From Tubulanus polymorphus (lineage: Eukaryota > Animalia > Nemertea), in contig NC_134028.1 in the NCBI RefSeq assembly GCF_964204645.1, positions 25,974,345-26,038,344 on the forward strand: DNA of 64,000 nt. The letters are read 5' to 3'. The notes beneath the pieces were generated by a model. The model had not been told where the DNA came from. It saw nothing but the letters and a program-made list of their open reading frames with translations, and did no database searches. The position numbers were made by a program, and so were the translations under genes. How positions within the stretch are numbered: the stretch's first letter is position 1; every line of letters starts with the position of its first letter. This document shows, one piece after another, positions 27,471 through 64,000 of this stretch.

Positions 27471-28694
27471 CGTTAAAATTCGACAGAGAAATTGGCCCTG
27501 AAAAATAAAACGGGTTAATTGCTGAAAAATAGAACGGATTAATAAACACGGAACAGTACAGGACAGCACAGAGACGAACAGTAACACATAAAACATAAAG
27601 ACGTCGTTCTTCAGGAAGCAGGAACAGGAGCAGGAGCGCAGCGAAGATCGCCAGGAGGAGAATCCACGGTAGCATGTTCACAGTGTGAGTAAGCTGAGGT
27701 GAATGGCCTATGCTTGTGGTGTACACCGCGGTCAGCCGGTGACGTATTCAATAGCGCGTATAAATGATATCAACAACTCTGAATAGCCGCAATTGTGTCC
27801 CTATTGTTGAATGGTTTTACATTAAGAAAGGTTCCACCGACGGGTTGAATACGCACCAGTAGAGCTGAACAACTGCGAATGCAGGTGGCGCAGAATTGGA
27901 CAGGCGACCAGTCTAAAGGTAGAGACCGGCAACCAGTCTAAGCTGTTCGGAGATATTAAAGGGTGACTCCGGGTGGCGGATGTAATTCGGGGGAATCCTA
28001 TCAAAATCCGCATTAAGATACCAGATCCTCCTGATGCTCAGATCCTCCTGATGCTCAAACCCTCGACCCTCAAAAATCCACGTCAACTCTTTGACTTTAT
28101 TACAGCTTTATTTACAAGAAATAACAATTAATATTCATATTACATAATCAGTTGATAATGTACCACAGGTATTACATCGAGTTAAGGGAAATTAATAATC
28201 GATCTGATTCACAGCTAGAAGTATACACAACTATTCACCATTTGCACCTGTTACAATTTAATTGTAACAGGTGCAAAATTAAAAAATTATCTCTAAAACA
28301 TTTGGGAAACAAAAGTTAATTCAAACTGATTACCAGATTTCGCTCAAGTTAGATTTTTGGTTCCCACAGTTATACAAATTCTAAATTCTCGTATTCTTAA
28401 GTTTTTCATGGGTGATTTTCAGAAATGTTCCCAACCTGCGTACTAGAGAGACGTCAACATTTAACTGACTGGTAGATAAAGGTGAAAATTTCAGCAATTT
28501 CAGTTTTTTTTTCAGAAAAGAAACTTGCCCTTGCTAACCGCTGCTAACTGAAGTGTGAAAAGAATTTTCCAGATTTTTCCCAGATCGGACAAAATTTCAT
28601 CAAACTTTTATAAAAAAAGAATCATTCCCAGATCATTGCTGATTTCCCGTTACCATGGGAACCATGTGTCTTTCTATTGCGAGCGAATTCTATT

Positions 28695-31600
28695 TTATGT
28701 ATGTTTAAATCCTGGCGATGAACCATACAGAAGTAATTGGGTCGGTGATTTTGCCATTGATACCTCCACTGAGTGATCCGGCAACTGCTCCTTCAAGAAC
28801 TCATCTTCATCCTAAATAATAGTAACGATGTTGATATTCTGAAAACAGATCTTCCAAAATTATCAAAACAAAGAATTGACGAGCATTGCGTTGTGTTCAT
28901 ACCTCACCAGTGCTGTCGTTGTCGTCGTCTTCTATCGGATTTCCGGAATATTCTCTATACAACGGTTCAATCGCGTGTTTCGACCTGTTTAACGAAATTC
29001 AAATCAAATATCATTTTGAGGAAATTGAAGAACTAAATCACAATCAGGTACCAGCAACGTTACTGTGGCAAGTGAGGATTCCACCAGGTGTCGCTAGTTG
29101 TTACTCAGTTTCCGCACTTCAATTCCTTCTACATTTCAATCAAATTTGAGTAATTTATTCTCATAATGCCATACACTCAGAAAGTTAATCTATCTAATCG
29201 ATGACTTGTTTGAAAATTTTTGGATTTGGAAGCCTAGAAATCGGATTCAAATCTCAAATGAATTTCACTACGAATAACCCAGTGTTTTGGGGTGCCATTT
29301 GATGAGTGTCCATTCACGTAATTCAAACATACCGGGGTAAGATGTACGGATCGAATGGGAAGAACGAATCCAGTGAATTCGTGTGACACAGTTGACTGTA
29401 TGAATGACTCCGATCTAAAGTAGTCACTGGGATGAATGCTCGGTTGTTATGTTCTATTATTGTATCACAGAAAGCTATTTGATGTTGCCTGCAAAAATAC
29501 AAATATTTAATACGGGTCATATTAGTAACAGTATAATAGTAAAACCTGCCACAACCAACACTTTTCCTCGGAACCAAAATTTCATGAGAGCCTCTAGCAG
29601 AGATTTTACTGTAGGCACTGAATTATCAAACATGAAGACTGGTAGTACTTTGTAGAGGTACACACACTTGATTGCATGTAAAATATTGAGCTTTCCCTGT
29701 ACCAGGATATCAAAAACCATTGACCAAAAATGAAGTTAATCCACAAACATCACATTAGTTGACACCAGATTAACGTGCGACTTCTTAACAACACTTTTTT
29801 ATGAATCAGTTATTTTTGGAATTTTCACAACACTTACCGAGTAACGGACGAAAACGTTTTCACTATAACCGGCAGACAGATTTTCAAAGGATTCAATCGG
29901 CACGTTACGATCGCTTGAAGATTCAAATTCAAACTGAATTTATAACCTGAAGAATGCATTCAATAGAAATTCATTACAATAAGGTTTTACAATTTTACCA
30001 AATAAAGCAGATACAGGACCTAGTCGCGCAGTCATGACTGAATTAGACTGGGTTTGAGTTTAGGATGAGCTCTAGAGCCAAGACAGTCTTAGACTGACTT
30101 GACTGTGCAAATGGCTCCTGAAGATAAAATCATATCGAGGAAACTGATTATCAGCCTTCGAAGATATCTTCTACAGAGGACAGTGATATTCAGCCCCCAA
30201 GGATAACTCCTCACCTTTTTGGCTTTGTAAGATTTCTTTGTGTCTGAATATGAATATGTAGAATAACGCTTGACAGACAGAATAGAACGTCCTGTGACGA
30301 GTGACATCAACGACTACCGAATAACTGGATTGTTGAATATAAGAATGAATCCATTGCGACATGTGTTCCATAGTAACTACAGCCGTACTGATCGGCACAA
30401 ATAGACCTCGAGATATCAAACCACACATATACGCTACTGCAGCCTGACGATATATCGGTTGAGTGTTCGGATTCTTTACTTTCTTCCATAGATAATCAAT
30501 AAACCCGTCTGCTAATGGCTACAAATCAATAATACTGTAGAATTAAGATTCAAGATTGAATCAGCAAACATTTTAGAGCTGGTTTTATAGACTGGTTTTA
30601 ACTTAAACCTGGGGGTTAACTCTAAAATGAATTATTGCGTTAGCTAAAGGGTTAAAGATAGCACCAGGCGTTGATTAATATAGGGTTTTTACCTGTTTGA
30701 AACTGCAAATATAGAATAGTAAATATTGCACGTGACTCGACGAATGAGTCGGTAAAATAACATCCTCAAAAACACCCAGTAATTCCTTATACAACTTCTT
30801 TGTTTCTTCCCAGTTCAACTGACCTAAACAAGAGAATGATTCCGTTAAGAAACTGGATATTGAGAGTTCATTCGCTGGCAATTAGTTTTGAAGGTATTTA
30901 ATTATAAAATGTCTAATGTTAAGTATTTGAAGTTCATTTTCAATGTCTAATGTTAAGTATTTGAAGTTCATTTTCAATGTCTAATGTTAAGGGAAGTGCG
31001 GAACACCTGTGGAGTGAGGTGGATGATCCTAGATATTGAAAGAATGGTGATAACACAGGGTTCGTACATTCCAGGGCAAGTGGAATTCCAGGTGTTAAAC
31101 ATATCAAATGTCCGAAAGATTGCAACAACAGCAAGCTGCTGGCTAAGAGAGTACCGGGTCTAGGCAGCAATAAAACAGACAATACCTGATACGAAACACG
31201 TATTATGAATATATTGCAATAGAATCTCCATGAGTATATCTAATTTATTAGCCTCCGAGTGCGATAACTGATCGGTCGATTTCTCCTGCACTTCCGCCTT
31301 CTCTGCAGATAGCGATTCATCCTAGAATACAAAAAAATAAATTAAACGAGATTGAAGAATACCTATACCTTGTTACACCAAGAACAGAATACAAACCATC
31401 ACGAAAATCTCGTCGACATTCATCTCTTCATCTTCATTATCATCATCTTCAGTTTCGTCGTCTATAGCATCTAAAATCGCTTGTCTCGGTGACCGCGTCT
31501 AGAAATGAATTAATAGCAATCGGTCGAATGAAAAATCCTTCGGATGATCATCAGGGTTTATACAGATCGTTCATTCCTGGATATACCAGTAGGGTCTCGA

Positions 31601-33712
31601 CATATCGTAATGCTTAAATTCAACTGTCTAGAAATAGTAAATTTGGATACCAAAAGCACTTATACGATAAGAACTTAACTAATTTTTTCAAAAGTAAGCA
31701 CCTATAAGAACTTTGAAGACTCGCTATGAACCCTGTTAAGTTTATCTAGAGTTGACCGGATATCAAGTAAAGGACGGGTTGACCGAATCAGTTTAACTTA
31801 CATCTAGTTCAAGCAGTTTTCCGACGATCAACGCGAGAATCTGGCGTCTGTCGTTGGTTAGATATTGCGGCATCAGTAACAAGTTTTTCAAGTAGCATTC
31901 GTGGTGATAACCCGAACGTGTTATATACGGGTAATAATCGATGAGTAATGGCATTAGAATCTTCGGCGCCCTGAAATCAAAAACCACTATTCATCTTGAA
32001 TTCTTCTTCAGATTTTAATTCTTGTGGCAATAGAGGATTCTGCTGGTGCAAACAAGGAATCATCAGGTTCACTAATGCAACTATATTTTACTTACATGGG
32101 AACTATTTTGACGATTGAACGAAGAATGGCATGAATATTGAGGAAAATTAAACCATCTTTATTTCTTTGCTCATCGATTACGTCGTTTACATCAGTGTCA
32201 TCACCTGCGATAAACAATAACTGCGTCAAACAAAACTCCACCTATTTTCACAGTCGTGAGTTAAGATTTTACAATCGAATCTTGTGTGGAACTGAGTCAT
32301 AATGTTCAGGATCCAGTTACATTTTGGTTAATGAAGATTCGACTCTAAGAAACAAAATTATTTGGACAGGAAGTATGCAAATTCAACTTGGAACTAACAG
32401 AGACGGATTTACAGGGTGGTCTTGGGAGTTTGGATCCTGCTGTTCTTGTCAAGAAAGCGATCGCAAATTTGACCAATGGAATTTGCGTATATCTCCAAAT
32501 ATATATTAACATCAAGGGTGGGACTAAGCTAGTGGCTTTTAACAAGACTGCTTCATCTGAGAAATGCCTTTTCCTTTTTTCTAGGCCCAGTTCCTGTTAA
32601 TATACCGTGATATTTCCTCCAGAAATGAATCATCGAAGTAAGCTTTGTCAATTAAGAATTATTACGTTTTCCGATTAAATTCGTGAAACAGGGCCCCAGT
32701 CTAGAGTTGTGGAATTGTATCCAGCTAGCTGCGAACTACAAGAGCAAACTGTCAATGATAGTTAACTCACTCGGTCTAAAACGTGTGATGAACGATTTCA
32801 AACATGATTTCAGGTAGAAAGTATTCGCCGATATCAGATTCAATATAAACGTCTGATATTCGATGACAACTCGCGGTTCTCTATTCGGCCAATCTAATTT
32901 CTGGAATAAAAGACCAAAATAAAATCATTTTAAACCTCGATATATACAGAGATTAGTAAAACGCTGTAATCATCAGTACTCTTACCAGCACTGTTCCTAT
33001 GAGGTGTTCGAATTTTTTGTCTAAGTTCGTCACAAAATCGCTGAGACCTCTCAACACTTTCACAATAAAGACACTCTGAAAATTGAAATTTTACATCAGC
33101 ATATCTCAATACGACCATTCACTGATATTGATACTAGGCATTTAAACCTTGAAGATTTAGTCAATAAAACTACGGCCCTACCGGTAGACAGAATGTAAAC
33201 AGCAAGTAAGATAAAGGAAAGGCCCTAAACTAAATCGACATCATTGAAGGGTAAAATTCTAGCATAGCCTAGCAGTTTAAAAGAAACACAGAGTGGCCTG
33301 GTATTTGAACTTTGGGGGTTAATAGTAGCTTAGCTCATGGAGTAGTGCAAGTACTATATGCTGGGCCTATAGTACGTCCTGGGATATTAGATGATCTTAT
33401 TTTACCATAAAACTTCAAATACAATCCCTTGCCCTGTCATTTACTGTTTTCATCGTAATTATGCATAATACAGGATACTGATAGTGTAGTCTCATACCTA
33501 GCTAACGTTCCCCAAACAACCGGTTGTAGGGAACCCGTAACAACGACTGGTATTCAGACTATTGATAGTAGTCATGACTGAACGAGCGATGATAAATTTA
33601 CCTTCACATTGGGATCAGAGAGATTGCTGATCAATACATTATATGGTTTCGATGCTGAGCTGCTGCCGTTTTTGTAATTCTCTAATATTTCACTGATCTC
33701 TATCGGCTCCAT
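28695..33712 (-). CDS. RRN3: RNA polymerase I initiation factor RRN3/TIF-IA, paralog B
   Basis: Starts MEPIEISEILENYKNG (ATG at 33712, after an acceptor at 33719). In-frame exons include LDKKFEHLIGTVL, KLDWPNRE..EYQTFILNLISANTFYLKSCL, HECYLKNLL, ILPTHSSSHVQY, HRTFYSVCQALFYIF, LNPLKICLP, LDSFFPFDPYILPR; ends YGSSPGFKHT* (stop 28695-28697). Confidence 0.93.
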
Positions 33713-33889
33713 GATGCGCTGTAACAACAATAATACAATAACTGGACGGATTAGTAACAGACTAAGCATCGTAACGCGATTAAAAACCATATTTTAATCA
33801 ATTTCTCATCAGTGCAATTTGTCGAACTTTCGCCAGATTATTCAAATAGATATGTAATTAAAAGTGTGATGGTAAAACATTAAATTAAC

Positions 33890-34086
33890 TGACCGATTCG
33901 TTCTAAATCTCTCTAAATGCTCGACAAATAAAAACGTGCTCAATGGGAGCCGCCATCTTGAATCCAATAGACGGCGCTTTCGTCGAATTGTAAATTTGTC
34001 CATGTGAAGCAATGATCTATAGACCCGATGTAAAACCTCGTAAAAGTGACTGTTTTGTGCGTTGAAACAGTCGTGACAGCTGCAGC
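33890..34086. promoter_or_regulatory. Compact bidirectional promoter region between RRN3-B and POLR3A
   Basis: Divergent ATGs at 33712 (-) and 34087 (+); probable RRN3 5'UTR exon donor near 33893; YY1 consensus CAAGATGGCGGC on the minus strand at 33949-33960; CTCF-like CCAATAGACGGCGCT at 33964-33978. Confidence 0.7.

Positions 34087-64000
<29,914 letters not shown>

Noticed and set aside
27292-27726. 144-aa ORF with a signal-peptide-like hydrophobic stretch
   Set aside because: Starts at GTG and is a chimera of low-complexity sequence, duplicated acceptor-like text and a LINE remnant; not supported as a gene.

Overview
Eukaryotic, intron-rich, AT-rich animal DNA that looks like a lophotrochozoan or other invertebrate (inferred from gene content, not established). 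Gene order: 3' part of CCDC57 (+, to 8449); SNRNP35 (+, single coding exon); ERI2 (-); RRN3 paralog A (-, 15442-19737); a repeat-rich interval of about 9 kb holding a probable spliced non-coding unit; RRN3 paralog B (-, 28695-33712); and POLR3A (+, from 34087 past the window end). RRN3-B and POLR3A are head-to-head, with ATGs only 375 bp apart. POLR3A introns host two intact antisense class-A GPCR genes and probably a decayed third. Many non-autonomous DNA elements are present (Harbinger-like with CWG target duplications, piggyBac-like with TTAA, Tc1/mariner-like with TA), two of which appear to have seeded tandem arrays. Most notable: the Pol I factor/Pol III subunit divergent pair, two apparently intact but diverged RRN3 paralogs with patchy near-identity, and the nested GPCRs. 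Exon boundaries were read by eye from GT/AG signals and reading-frame continuity; no database searches were run.
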